Assembly (NCBI GenBank): GCA_027624915.1
Contig: JAQBTR010000008.1
Location: 1-37,080 of the forward strand
Reading direction: 5' to 3'
Source: a bacterium
Lineage (GTDB): Bacteria > Patescibacteriota > Minisyncoccia > Ryanbacterales > GWA2-47-10b
DNA length: 37,080 nt
Program-made: the position numbers and the translations under genes
The notes under the pieces: generated by a model
Told to the model about the DNA's origin: nothing
The model's database searches: none
Seen by the model: only the letters and a program-made list of their open reading frames with translations
Part shown: positions 8,957 through 18,720 of the stretch, one piece after another
Layout of the letters: each line of letters begins with the position of its first letter
How positions within the stretch are numbered: position 1 is the first letter of the stretch

Positions 8957-11344
8957 CTAAGTTTCTTTATCCGCCTTATCTCCCATCTCTCTTTTTAGTC
9001 TTTCTACTTCTTTCTCTATATCACTCTTTCCTTTACTTATTGTTGTGTCTAACTCACCCGGGGTTTCTAGGAGTATATTACCCGTGTATAGGCGAGGATT
9101 ATCAAGCTTTTTAATCTCTTCTTGGGTTTTTGTTTGACGCTCACCCTGGGCTGCTATTTGTCTATCAACGCTTTGGATACGATCATCGATACGATCCATA
9201 TCTCCTTGCAATCTTTCTCTTTCAGCTCTGTCGGGAGCCCTGTTTCTGCGCACCTCGATTATTTGTTTTTGGGTTTCTAGTTGTGACCTTTTTGTACCGA
9301 GGTCGCCCACTTTTTCGCTGGTGTTTTTCAGTGTGTTTGCGTGCGCGGTACGGATTCCTGGGTTTGCTGCGAATTGATTAGCAAGGTCTGCATTTCCATA
9401 CTCTTCTCTAATTTTTTTCTCAAGAGATGTGCCGTCGCTAGATTTGATACCGAATCGGCTTTTAATTGCACCCAACATTTTGCTTGTTTGGTCTATATCC
9501 TTGCGTGATGTCCTGAATTCATTAAAGCCTTTTTCATTTTTCATGAAATAGTCCTGTACGTGTGTGCTGGACACGCCTTCGTTTCTATAAATTTCATGTC
9601 GGTCTTCCTTGGACATTGCGTGCATTAGTTCTCCAAGTCGTCGGTCGTAATCAGCATTTCCGGTCGGGGCCTTATCTACCTTTCCATATTCTGGGTGCTC
9701 TAGTTTCATCGCCTCGTGGACACCACCACCAGCCGCTGCAAATGCCCGAAGGTCTCCATCACTAACCCCCTGTTTTTTGAGGTTTTGTGAAAGTCGTCCA
9801 ACGCCTTCAGGTCCCATAACATTTTTAAGCTCTTTTGCGACAGACGCACGTTCCTTGCCGTCTTTCATCTGGTCGAAGACTTCTTTTTGTGCAGAGGCAT
9901 TCATGGTTGCCATCATGCGGGCCTGTGTACGAGGATCTCTACCCTTGGCCTTTTTGGCTTCTGCCTTGGCACGCTCCTTGTCAGCATCCCTACCTTTGGC
10001 AGCGAGAGTTCTAAGCCCTCCACCAATTCCAAGTCCATTTATGAGAGCCTTGCCAACTCGGCTCTGTGGTAGCACGGCGAGACCACCACGGGCCGCAGTA
10101 CCCGCCGCCCTTTGGGCTGTACGACGGACAGGTCTGTAAAGTGCACCTCTCACCTTTCCACCTATATTTCCAGCAATCTTGAGTGCACCACTAGCTCCAT
10201 ATGCCCCCATTGATTTTGCAGCAATAAGAGATGCCATAAGTAAAATACCCAAGAATATAAAACCAAGTACGAGTCCAGCTTTTGCGGTGAGTTGTGAGGC
10301 AGCCTCACCCTGGAGAGCGATCGTAAGGTCGGTAGATAAAGACGCTTTATTGACAAGAGATTCTATTCCACCCCCCGCGATAATTTTAAACACGAGATAT
10401 AAAAAGAACATATACGCTGGATAAAAGAAGGATTGTTCAAAAAGATTTTTAAACCATTTTTGTGCCATGCCGCTTGTTGTTGGGAGTACATAAAAGAGAA
10501 ATGCAAAGGGCGCCAAAATAAATAAAATCCATATATACACAATTCGTATTACGAGAAGTATTGCCCCTGCCCCGATGACAAATGTAGCAATAAGAATCAA
10601 TATGATTCCCATGATATAAGCAATAATTGCGTTCGAAAGGCGCTCATAAGTACTAAAGGGTTTGTTTACCGTTGCTTCATTTGGTGCAATAATATTTTGC
10701 GGCTTGAAGCCACTCACAAATGTTGTTGCGATATCACGACCATCTGCTACACCATCGTTATCAAGATCTGCGTTTGGATTACCCATAGCCGAATAAAACT
10801 GATTACCAAGAGCATTTGACGTATCAACAATGATGCCTGCAATCGCTAAGCTAAAGTTAACTAAAAGTGCCGAAATAATAAGCTTAAAAAGAAGTGATTT
10901 CATTCCGTAAGATTCAATCCCAAGAATGGTGGCTATCGCGATAATCAAAAGAACAAAGATATAGACAATATTTACAACATCTCGTGAAATCATCCAACCG
11001 GCATTTACAATTGGCTGGTCATAAAAGGCCTCGTTTTGGATGCTAAGTGCGATATCAAAAAGTGCGGAAGCAAGTGTAATTAAATAACTAAAGATATCAA
11101 GAGCATAAGAAAGCCCATAAGCTAATCCAAGGACTAGACAGCCAGGGATGCTGATATCCGGAGGGATAACGCTATTAACACAATACACAGGGGAGCCCTT
11201 ACCGGCGCTTTGTGCGCGACTGGCTGCCCCTATTACTGAGCCACCCGCTGTTTGTGCATGCACACTCAAAACTGGAGCAAATACAAGCATTGCGATTACA
11301 AAGAATGCGAGAATGGGTACATATTTTTTAGCGAAGGAGTGCAT
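8957..11344 (-). CDS. VirB6/TrbL-like polytopic membrane protein with a roughly 350-aa charged or coiled-coil C-terminal tail
   Basis: Signal peptide plus 6-8 TM helices in the first roughly 420 aa, then a hydrophilic K/E/R-rich tail (KERAKAEAKKAKGRD...). Adjacent to the VirB3/VirB4-like genes. Confidence 0.5.
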   Translation of the reverse strand: MHSFAKKYVPILAFFVIAMLVFAPVLSVHAQTAGGSVIGAASRAQSAGKGSPVYCVNSVIPPDISIPGCLVLGLAYGLSYALDIFSYLITLASALFDIALSIQNEAFYDQPIVNAGWMISRDVVNIVYIFVLLIIAIATILGIESYGMKSLLFKLIISALLVNFSLAIAGIIVDTSNALGNQFYSAMGNPNADLDNDGVADGRDIATTFVSGFKPQNIIAPNEATVNKPFSTYERLSNAIIAYIMGIILILIATFVIGAGAILLVIRIVYIWILFILAPFAFLFYVLPTTSGMAQKWFKNLFEQSFFYPAYMFFLYLVFKIIAGGGIESLVNKASLSTDLTIALQGEAASQLTAKAGLVLGFIFLGILLMASLIAAKSMGAYGASGALKIAGNIGGKVRGALYRPVRRTAQRAAGTAARGGLAVLPQSRVGKALINGLGIGGGLRTLAAKGRDADKERAKAEAKKAKGRDPRTQARMMATMNASAQKEVFDQMKDGKERASVAKELKNVMGPEGVGRLSQNLKKQGVSDGDLRAFAAAGGGVHEAMKLEHPEYGKVDKAPTGNADYDRRLGELMHAMSKEDRHEIYRNEGVSSTHVQDYFMKNEKGFNEFRTSRKDIDQTSKMLGAIKSRFGIKSSDGTSLEKKIREEYGNADLANQFAANPGIRTAHANTLKNTSEKVGDLGTKRSQLETQKQIIEVRRNRAPDRAERERLQGDMDRIDDRIQSVDRQIAAQGERQTKTQEEIKKLDNPRLYTGNILLETPGELDTTISKGKSDIEKEVERLKREMGDKADKET

Positions 11345-11349
11345 ACGTA

Positions 11350-12348
11350 TTAAAAGAGACTTGTTGACTCTGCATCCAAAATGCTCTTGAGTCCTTCTGA
11401 GATAGCAAGATTAATAAGCGCCTGTATTACCTCACTCATTTCGTCAGCAAGATTAAGTCCCATAAAATCGAGGTCAAGGGAGTTTGCCACTCGGTCTCCG
11501 ATAGCCTTTGCTGGTGTTTTAATTCTAAACTTGCGACATCCAACTGCATTTTCTTCGAGACAGTCAACGACTGGCAAATATCCGCCACCTGATGCAGATG
11601 CATTTCGGAAAACAGATTCGGACTCAAAGCGTCGCATGCGGTTTTCTTCGAGTGTCATAAGATAAAAATCGAGTCGATTATTATTGGATTGGCGCGTTTT
11701 TACAAAGGCATTCCACCTGCCATTTGAAAAATCGTCATAGTAATCCTCAATATTGTCTACAACATCAGTTATGGTACAACGAGCTCGGTTTTGATAACTC
11801 TGAGTTCCATAGAGACCAAGGTCGAGTACAATTTCTGGTAAAAAATCACTACAGAAGTAATTTGGATCTCCCGCAACTTGAAGCCCAAGCTCTTCAATAA
11901 AAACACCCGTCGCCTGATCTCCAAATTCTTTAAAAAATCGTTCAGGGTCTTGCAAAAAGAAAGGCTCGGCATCATCAGCAAAACCACTCTGAATCCAAGT
12001 AATAAGTTCGTTCTTAAGCGTATTTATAAAAACATTTGCGAGCATTTTTGCAATTCCATCGTAGGAGAAGATAGAGCCCGCCGCGCCCTTAATCAGCTGG
12101 AGAATGCCACTGACACTAAAAATATTTGCAACTTGAAACTCTTTATCGAGCTGGTGACCTGCGTACTGAAGTCCAGGAACGGAAACGGCAGTAATAATCG
12201 TAGGTATAGCCCCGGTAAGTCCTACATCCCACGTAGGGACAGTGGCTCGCGCCTCTTTTTGTGGTAGAAACACAAAGAGTTCAAGAGAGATAATGCTCGT
12301 AAGCAAAATGGTTGTCACAAATCGTTTCATAAAAGAGGAGCCAATCAT
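11350..12348 (-). CDS. secreted hypothetical protein (T4SS-like operon)
   Basis: N-terminal signal or TM segment (FVTTILLTSIISLELFVFLP). ATGA start-stop overlap with the upstream gene. Confidence 0.55.
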   Translation of the reverse strand: MIGSSFMKRFVTTILLTSIISLELFVFLPQKEARATVPTWDVGLTGAIPTIITAVSVPGLQYAGHQLDKEFQVANIFSVSGILQLIKGAAGSIFSYDGIAKMLANVFINTLKNELITWIQSGFADDAEPFFLQDPERFFKEFGDQATGVFIEELGLQVAGDPNYFCSDFLPEIVLDLGLYGTQSYQNRARCTITDVVDNIEDYYDDFSNGRWNAFVKTRQSNNNRLDFYLMTLEENRMRRFESESVFRNASASGGGYLPVVDCLEENAVGCRKFRIKTPAKAIGDRVANSLDLDFMGLNLADEMSEVIQALINLAISEGLKSILDAESTSLF

Positions 12349-13346
12349 ATTTTGTTTACATAATCTTGTTGAAATTGATACCCAGGTTCTTTTGTGCCAA
12401 ACACTATTTTTTTATCATCAATAAGTTTTTTTATTTCAGTAAAGATTTTTTTACTATTTTCGATTTCACTTTGGTAATGGTTCATGCCACTCGTACCAAG
12501 TATAGGGTCACGGCCATATGCCATAATCGATCGAAGCGCGAGGCTAGTGTTTGCAAGAGAGTTAAGAAGAGCTACATGAATATGGGCGGTTTCGACTGGC
12601 GTCTCAACACCAGACAAATCCCTAACGGCATCTAGATATCGTAATTGATATTTTTCTAGTTTTTCTATATTGTCGACAAGATCTTGCTCGGTAACGCCCT
12701 CTCCTTTTTCGGTGATCAAAAATGCAAGTTTATATAAAACCGTAAATTCACTTTCATACTTTTCATCAGTTAAATTATCGGGGAAACTTTTTTCCGTAAC
12801 TATCGCAACATCATTTATATACTCTTTTTCACTTCGATTATTATTTAACACAACATGTTCAATTTTGTATGGATTGTAAAGCGAGTCAACCTTTTTAATC
12901 TCTTCAATTCCCCCAGTTATTAAGGCTTTGTTGAGTCGTTCATCAAAGTCAATCTCGTATTCTTCGCCTGGGACTACATGTGCTTGAACATACTGTGCAA
13001 AATCTTGAAGGATTACGCGAGTCGGAGACAGGCTATCAATAATTGTTGGGTTAACGAGATCATTTGTTGATTGACTGCTCACAGATTCATCGCCATCAAG
13101 AATTCCGTCCCCATCAGAATCTGGATTATTTGGATCGGTGTTTCTAAGTAGCTCTTCCCAGTCTTCGAGACCATCTGCATCAGAGTCTATTCCGCGAGTT
13201 CCGGCAACTGTATCAAAAGCTGTTTTACCTTGGGGAGCAGGCCTTGTTTTTGAGTTACGAAAAGAAGAAGCAAAATATAAAAATCCAGCAGCAATAACTA
13301 AGCTCAGCATGATAAGGGTTAGCTTTTTTGATGGTAGTGCATTCAA
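12345..13346 (-). CDS. membrane-anchored protein with thrombospondin type-3-like Ca-binding repeats; first gene of the operon
   Basis: TM anchor followed by DSDADGLEDWEE...DPNNPDSDGDGILDGDE (DxDxDG repeats). Confidence 0.6.
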   Translation of the reverse strand: MNALPSKKLTLIMLSLVIAAGFLYFASSFRNSKTRPAPQGKTAFDTVAGTRGIDSDADGLEDWEELLRNTDPNNPDSDGDGILDGDESVSSQSTNDLVNPTIIDSLSPTRVILQDFAQYVQAHVVPGEEYEIDFDERLNKALITGGIEEIKKVDSLYNPYKIEHVVLNNNRSEKEYINDVAIVTEKSFPDNLTDEKYESEFTVLYKLAFLITEKGEGVTEQDLVDNIEKLEKYQLRYLDAVRDLSGVETPVETAHIHVALLNSLANTSLALRSIMAYGRDPILGTSGMNHYQSEIENSKKIFTEIKKLIDDKKIVFGTKEPGYQFQQDYVNKI

Positions 13347-13515
13347 AAGAAAGTAATACGTATAGTTCTTTCCTATCGCGTTTTACTAGATATATTGTAT
13401 CATTTTTATTCTTCTTCTAATACGATTTTTTGTTTGGGGATAAAGGATATTTTGATTCCGAGTGCCTGAAATACTGTTTTTTATTAAGAATTGATTTTTG
13501 GTGTATAATGATTGT

Positions 13516-14754
13516 ATGAAAAACAGCAAAAAACCGTTTTTTGTACTCATTTTGCTCGTTTCTCTTTTGTGGGCGCTTTGGTGGCTTTTTAGTGTTTTAT
13601 ATAGCACACCGGGAGACATATCAAATGGACAATTTGAAGAAAACCCTTATATTACAACAGAATCGGACGTTTCTTTTGGAGAACGAAAACCGGCTGTTGC
13701 ACCCCCTTCTAACCTTGGTTTTGAGGAGCGAGCCATACAATCTGTAGAGAATGAAACATTTAGGCAATACTATGATTTTAAGGAAGAATTAGCCGTGGTT
13801 GCCAAAACCCTAGATAGATCAAGGACTCCACTCGAGGTTCAAGATTCTCTTGCCAAGGACCCAGACACATTACCAGCAAGTAATTTTCCAGATTACTATC
13901 TCGATGGGAGTCAAGACGTGAGAAGACTGCTTTTAATTGCAGATGCCTTCAAGAAAAAACCACCTTTACCCGCTGGCTTGAGTCTAGATGACCCAGATAT
14001 ACTAGAAAAGCTGTTTACGTCACTTCAGTCGTCAGGGTACATAGATAACGAAGCGATTCCACTGGAAACAGAGGGGGATATTTTTCGTTTAAATCAACAG
14101 GCTTTTGAATTGTTGGATGACCTTGGTATGTATAATTCCTCTTTTGCTCATGAGGGGGAAAGAGAACAGGCTAGACGCGCTGTATACGAAACCTCAATTA
14201 ATGCTTGGCGTGGAGAAGAGATTTTTCGTGGCGGTGGAAATTTTTTAAACTATAGGGAAAGCTCCGGAGGCGCCTCTTTAGAACATGCTGTTGGGCTCAT
14301 AAAAAAAATATCATCAATCTTTTTACCACATACGGCTCAAGCTCAATTAAGTGATATTGTAGACAATTTCGTGACCATTCCTGATTGTTGGAAATCTGTA
14401 GGGCCAGACGAGCCACTAGCTCGTGCTGAAAGAGGTCTAGAGGGAGGTAGTAACCTATATGCACCATGCTGTAATTGTGGTATTTACTATGGTGGTGGCT
14501 ATGATATTGAGTTTGTATATGATTGCGGTACGTATGATAACCTAGATTTTCCTATTAATGAGGACTGTAATATTATTCCTCTAGGATGTATAAATCTGAT
14601 TTGTTTTGGTGAGGAAGCGAATGCCATATTTGATGGTCCCCCAGGATATTTAGTTCCAGCAATAGCTGGTTATGGGGGAGGGTTTAATGTTGACTGGTCA
14701 TTTAAGTGTGGCTGTGACAGTGATATTAAGCTTGGGCCTGAAGCCAGTCCCTAA
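13516..14754 (+). CDS. membrane-anchored hypothetical protein with a cysteine-rich C-terminal domain
   Basis: TM helix (FFVLILLVSLLWALWWLF) and a C-terminal region with about 12 Cys (PCCNCGIYYGGG...CGCDSD). Start chosen at the ATG at 13516; the track ORF begins at a TTG at 13498. Confidence 0.6.
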   Translation: MKNSKKPFFVLILLVSLLWALWWLFSVLYSTPGDISNGQFEENPYITTESDVSFGERKPAVAPPSNLGFEERAIQSVENETFRQYYDFKEELAVVAKTLDRSRTPLEVQDSLAKDPDTLPASNFPDYYLDGSQDVRRLLLIADAFKKKPPLPAGLSLDDPDILEKLFTSLQSSGYIDNEAIPLETEGDIFRLNQQAFELLDDLGMYNSSFAHEGEREQARRAVYETSINAWRGEEIFRGGGNFLNYRESSGGASLEHAVGLIKKISSIFLPHTAQAQLSDIVDNFVTIPDCWKSVGPDEPLARAERGLEGGSNLYAPCCNCGIYYGGGYDIEFVYDCGTYDNLDFPINEDCNIIPLGCINLICFGEEANAIFDGPPGYLVPAIAGYGGGFNVDWSFKCGCDSDIKLGPEASP

Positions 14755-15515
14755 TCTTTTAAAAACTCAGCCCACTCGTCAAGCGTCACGTCCTGTGGGC
14801 GCTTTTCTGAACCGACTCCAATTGTGTTACTTAATTTTTTTCGTTTTTGTCCAAATGCTTTTTTTGCAAGTTTGAAGAATCTTTTTTTGTCTATATTATT
14901 TTTTACAAAAAATTCGTCCCCGATGTCTTTTATGGCGATTATAGCTGAGTCAACATTGGGCTGTGGTTTAAAATCCCCACGTGATATTTTTCTAACAAAG
15001 CGAGGCTTACCAAAAACTTGAACCGAAAGACCCAAAAGATTCATATTAGGTGGACGTGCCGTAATTCTGCGCGCAACCTCTAACTGAAACATGAGCGACA
15101 TGCTTTTTGGCGGGTTTTTGGACTCCAAGAAAACTTTTAAAAAATGTGAGGAGAGATAGTATGGGAGATTAGCAACAATTTTATATTCTTTTGGTAATTT
15201 TGAGTGGTCAAAATGTAGAATATCACCCTGGATTATTTCAACATTTGTACCTTTAAATTCTTTGTTAAGTTCTTCTACCCACCTTGGATCTTTTTCTATG
15301 GCAATAACACGAGACACTCGTTCGGAGAGCTCTCTTGTCAAAACACCCTTGCCCGGACCAACCTCCAAAACAACGTCTTCTGGCTCAAGGTCTGCCGAAT
15401 TAACTATATCCAGCAACGCTTTTTTGGATTTCAAGAAGTGCTGCCCCATTAATTTGTTGGAGCGATTTGTCCGATTAGATTTGGATCTTTTCTTCTTCAT
15501 AATCTTCTGTATCAA
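14751..15515 (-). CDS. rsmA: 16S rRNA (adenine1518/1519-N6)-dimethyltransferase
   Basis: GQHFL, EVGPGKGVLTREL (SAM-binding) and VANLPYYLSS motifs. The start codon is uncertain (M1, M6 or M23). Confidence 0.9.
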   Translation of the reverse strand: MIQKIMKKKRSKSNRTNRSNKLMGQHFLKSKKALLDIVNSADLEPEDVVLEVGPGKGVLTRELSERVSRVIAIEKDPRWVEELNKEFKGTNVEIIQGDILHFDHSKLPKEYKIVANLPYYLSSHFLKVFLESKNPPKSMSLMFQLEVARRITARPPNMNLLGLSVQVFGKPRFVRKISRGDFKPQPNVDSAIIAIKDIGDEFFVKNNIDKKRFFKLAKKAFGQKRKKLSNTIGVGSEKRPQDVTLDEWAEFLKD

Positions 15516-17478
15516 GTGATAAATCAGCCCCAGTTATTAAATGTTCTGGGATTTCTCCCAAGAATCGTGACGGGTCATTAAAGCTTGTTTCACCATAAAG
15601 CATTCGATGACGCGTGAGCGTAATAAGGACTTTATTTTTTGCTCGCGTGAGCGCTACATAAAAAAGACGCCTTTCTTCTTCTAGTTCTTGTGGGTCTTGT
15701 GACATAGAATGCGGAAACAGACCCTCTTCCATGCCCGCTATAATAATAACATTAAATTCAAGACCTTTGGCGGCATGTGCCGTAAGCAATGTTACCGAGC
15801 CATCTCTGTTTTCAACCTCCGTGTCCTGGGTTGAAAGAGATGCCTCCATCAAAAGTTTTTCGATTCCAAGCGGTGGTTTTTCTTCGTCGAACTTGTCGGC
15901 GACACTAAGAAGCTCTTTTATATTTTCAAAACGATCCTCCTCAAACTTATTATTTTTGTAATAATCATTAAAACCAGCCTCAGACATTATTGTCCTTAGA
16001 ACATCCTTTGGTTGTTTCGTGTTGATAGATTTTTCTATTTTTTCAATGATAGATTCAAACTTTTTTATTTTTTCGCTTTCTTTATTTGAATAATCCTTTG
16101 CGCCAAAATATTTTAGAGTTAAAACTTTTCCAATTCCTCGCGTTGGCGTGTTAAGAATTCGCTTGAGAGATACATCGTCACTCTTGTTTAGAGTATATCG
16201 CAAGTATGCGAGAAGATCTTTTATCTCTTTTCGTTCATAAAATTTAACACCAGCGATGAGTCTGTATGGAACCATTCTTTTTATAAAACCTTCTTCGAGT
16301 GCGCGTGATTGCGCGTTGGTTCTAAAGAGAACTGCCATTTCGTCAAACCCAACCCCCTCCCGTTTGAGTGATTTTAAGTATTCAACAATAAATGCCGCTT
16401 CCTGTTTTTCGTCTTCTAGGACTGTTAAGACAAGTGCATCCCCTTCCCCTTTTTGTGAATATAGTGTTTTTTCTTTGCGTTGCGTGTTGTTGAGTATCAC
16501 CGCATTCGCCGCCTCCAGTATGCGTTTTGTTGAACGATAGTTTTCCTCAAGTGTGATTATTTCCGCTCCACGCCAGTCGATTTCAAACTGTAATATATTG
16601 CGCCAATCCGCACCTCTCCACGAATAAATTGCTTGGTCTACATCTCCAACAACGGCTATGTTACGAGAATCCTGTGCAAGAATTTTTGAAAGCGTATATT
16701 GTGCACGATTTGTGTCTTGATACTCATCGATATGTATGTGTGACCATTTGTTTTGCCAATATTCTCGTACCGTATCGGACTTTTGTAGCATCATGACATT
16801 TTTTAATAAAAGGTCATCAAAGTCGAGTCCTTTTATCTTTTGAAGTTTTGCCTCATATGCGACATAGAGATCTCTTAGATGATTTTGGTAGGGAGATTGG
16901 TCAGCATCTCTCGCAAATTCATCTGCACTTATGAGCTCATTTTTCAATCTAGATATGTTTGCTTTAACACGAAGTGGCGCGAAGCTGTCTGGATCGAGTC
17001 CGAGCTCTTCCACAAGCTCCTTTATTATTTTTCTCGAGTCTTCGGAGTCCATAATAGAGAAATGTTTTGGTATGCCGAGCACTGAGCCATGTGCACGTAT
17101 CATATGAACACCAAGCGAATGAAACGTGCCCATAAAGGGTCCTCCCAAAGACCCCTGACTGATATGTTCACGTTTTAAAAGACTATGAACGCGCTCCTTC
17201 ATCTCGCCAGCCGCTTTATTTGTAAAGGTTACGGCCAAGATCTTCTCGGGCGCTACTCCGCCTTCAATAAGGTGGGCAATTCTATGAGCAATTGTCTTTG
17301 TTTTTCCCGACCCCGCACCAGCAACTATAAGAAGTGGGCCGTCAGTTTTTAGTACGGCCTTTTTTTGTTTTTCATTAAGTCCTTCAAGTATTGCCACGCT
17401 CACAGTATAGTCGTATTTTGACCCTACGGCAAGCCGAAAATCGTTGTAGAATATAGCGTTTTGGTATTCACAGAACAT
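15475..17478 (-). CDS. uvrD: UvrD/PcrA-family ATP-dependent DNA helicase
   Basis: Walker A (AGAGSGKTKTIAHRIAHLI), motif III (VGDVDQAIYSWRGA) and the UvrD C-terminal domain; 667 aa. Confidence 0.92.
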   Translation of the reverse strand: MFCEYQNAIFYNDFRLAVGSKYDYTVSVAILEGLNEKQKKAVLKTDGPLLIVAGAGSGKTKTIAHRIAHLIEGGVAPEKILAVTFTNKAAGEMKERVHSLLKREHISQGSLGGPFMGTFHSLGVHMIRAHGSVLGIPKHFSIMDSEDSRKIIKELVEELGLDPDSFAPLRVKANISRLKNELISADEFARDADQSPYQNHLRDLYVAYEAKLQKIKGLDFDDLLLKNVMMLQKSDTVREYWQNKWSHIHIDEYQDTNRAQYTLSKILAQDSRNIAVVGDVDQAIYSWRGADWRNILQFEIDWRGAEIITLEENYRSTKRILEAANAVILNNTQRKEKTLYSQKGEGDALVLTVLEDEKQEAAFIVEYLKSLKREGVGFDEMAVLFRTNAQSRALEEGFIKRMVPYRLIAGVKFYERKEIKDLLAYLRYTLNKSDDVSLKRILNTPTRGIGKVLTLKYFGAKDYSNKESEKIKKFESIIEKIEKSINTKQPKDVLRTIMSEAGFNDYYKNNKFEEDRFENIKELLSVADKFDEEKPPLGIEKLLMEASLSTQDTEVENRDGSVTLLTAHAAKGLEFNVIIIAGMEEGLFPHSMSQDPQELEEERRLFYVALTRAKNKVLITLTRHRMLYGETSFNDPSRFLGEIPEHLITGADLSLDTEDYEEEKIQI

Positions 17479-17525
17479 TGAAACGAGACCTCTTTTTGTG
17501 CTATTATCGTGAGATGGGATGTCCC

Positions 17526-18599
17526 ATGACGCCTGACGATATAATAGAAAAAAGTAAACGCAAACCTCTTTTTCGAAAGAAGTTTTTCCATTTTGGGACC
17601 ATTATACTCTTGCTGATTGCGTTTGTTATTGCCGCGCCAAGAACTGCGCGGGCCCTTGGTCTTTTTGATATTATTAAAACGATTTTTAATCTTGATGAAA
17701 CAGTTAAGTCTCCAAATCCAACACCTCTTGTTGGCGAAGAGTTGAAGCCATTTCCATTCTTGTCAGCGGCTCCAGCATCTAGTCGTGATGATTATGACCT
17801 TTCTATCATAGACAATGTTGCACTCGCATCAGTAATGGGTCCACTTGGCAATGCGGCAGAGGCTGCCGAACATCAAGTTTCATATCGAATTGCTACATAT
17901 AAAGTTCGTCCAGGCGATACCCTATCTGAAATAGCGCAATCATTTGGCGTTTCCGTCTCGACTATTCGTTGGGCGAACGACATTCCTAGGGGCAAGACAA
18001 TTCAGATAGGACAAGAGCTTGTTATCTTGCCAGTATCTGGTGTGCGACACATCGTTAAGCGTGGTGATACGCTGGCCAAGATTGCTACAAAATATGACGG
18101 AAACGTTGGTGATATTTCGAACTTTAATGATATAGATCCAGATGCTGATTTGGCTGTTGGCTCAACCGTTATTATTCCTGATGGTGAGGTTACTGAACCG
18201 CGCGTTGTAGTTTCTGGTGGCTCACAACTTATTCGAGGTGGTGGTCCCTCCCTCTCTGGTTATTACAGCTCCCCCCTCTATAGTTATCGAAAATCTCAAG
18301 GGCTTCATGGATATAATGGTGTAGACTTAGCAGCTCCACATGGAACAAACGTACGAGCAGCAGCCGCTGGGACAGCAATCGTTGTTCGATCTTCGGGATG
18401 GAATGGTGGGTATGGAAATTATATTGTAATTGCCCACCCCAATGGTACACAGACCTTGTATTCTCACCTGAGCGGCATCTTTATTGGCCAGGGCGTATCT
18501 GTTACACAAGGCCAGGCAATTGGTTCGGTTGGAAGCACTGGCAAATCAACAGGAAATCACCTTCACTTCGAGGTTCGTGGAGCTAGAAACCCCTTTTAG
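17526..18599 (+). CDS. LysM-domain M23 metallopeptidase (murein endopeptidase)
   Basis: Two LysM motifs (YKVRPGDTLSEIAQSFGVSVSTIRWAN; HIVKRGDTLAKIATKYDG) and M23 motifs (HGYNGVDLAAPHGT...; GYGNYIVIAHPNG; GNHLHFEV). Start placed at an internal ATG, because the track start at 17478 would overlap the divergent uvrD start. Confidence 0.85.
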   Translation: MTPDDIIEKSKRKPLFRKKFFHFGTIILLLIAFVIAAPRTARALGLFDIIKTIFNLDETVKSPNPTPLVGEELKPFPFLSAAPASSRDDYDLSIIDNVALASVMGPLGNAAEAAEHQVSYRIATYKVRPGDTLSEIAQSFGVSVSTIRWANDIPRGKTIQIGQELVILPVSGVRHIVKRGDTLAKIATKYDGNVGDISNFNDIDPDADLAVGSTVIIPDGEVTEPRVVVSGGSQLIRGGGPSLSGYYSSPLYSYRKSQGLHGYNGVDLAAPHGTNVRAAAAGTAIVVRSSGWNGGYGNYIVIAHPNGTQTLYSHLSGIFIGQGVSVTQGQAIGSVGSTGKSTGNHLHFEVRGARNPF

Positions 18600-18659
18600 G
18601 GGTTTCGCCCTATTAAGCATGGCTTGATTTAGAAGTGGGTAAATTTGTTCTAGCCAGTG

Positions 18660-18683
18660 TTGTAACGTAGCTTGTAACGTTAC
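18660..18683. repeat. tandem direct repeat TTGTAACGT-n3-TTGTAACGT containing the 10-bp perfect palindrome GTAACGTTAC
   Basis: Read directly from the sequence between the convergent genes. Confidence 0.5.
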
Positions 18684-18694
18684 AAAAGAAAAAG

Positions 18695-18720
18695 AACCCG
18701 CATGGTGCGGGTTTTAATTT
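18695..18720. terminator. bidirectional rho-independent terminator
   Basis: AACCCGCA-tggt-TGCGGGTT is an 8-bp stem. The minus strand is followed by TTTTTCTTTT and the plus strand by TTAATTT. Confidence 0.7.

Noticed and set aside
9130-10424. Several plus-strand ORFs of 60-120 aa
   Set aside because: All lie antisense within the VirB6-like gene, whose Ala/Lys/Arg-rich tail creates stop-poor antisense frames. None has start-signal support.
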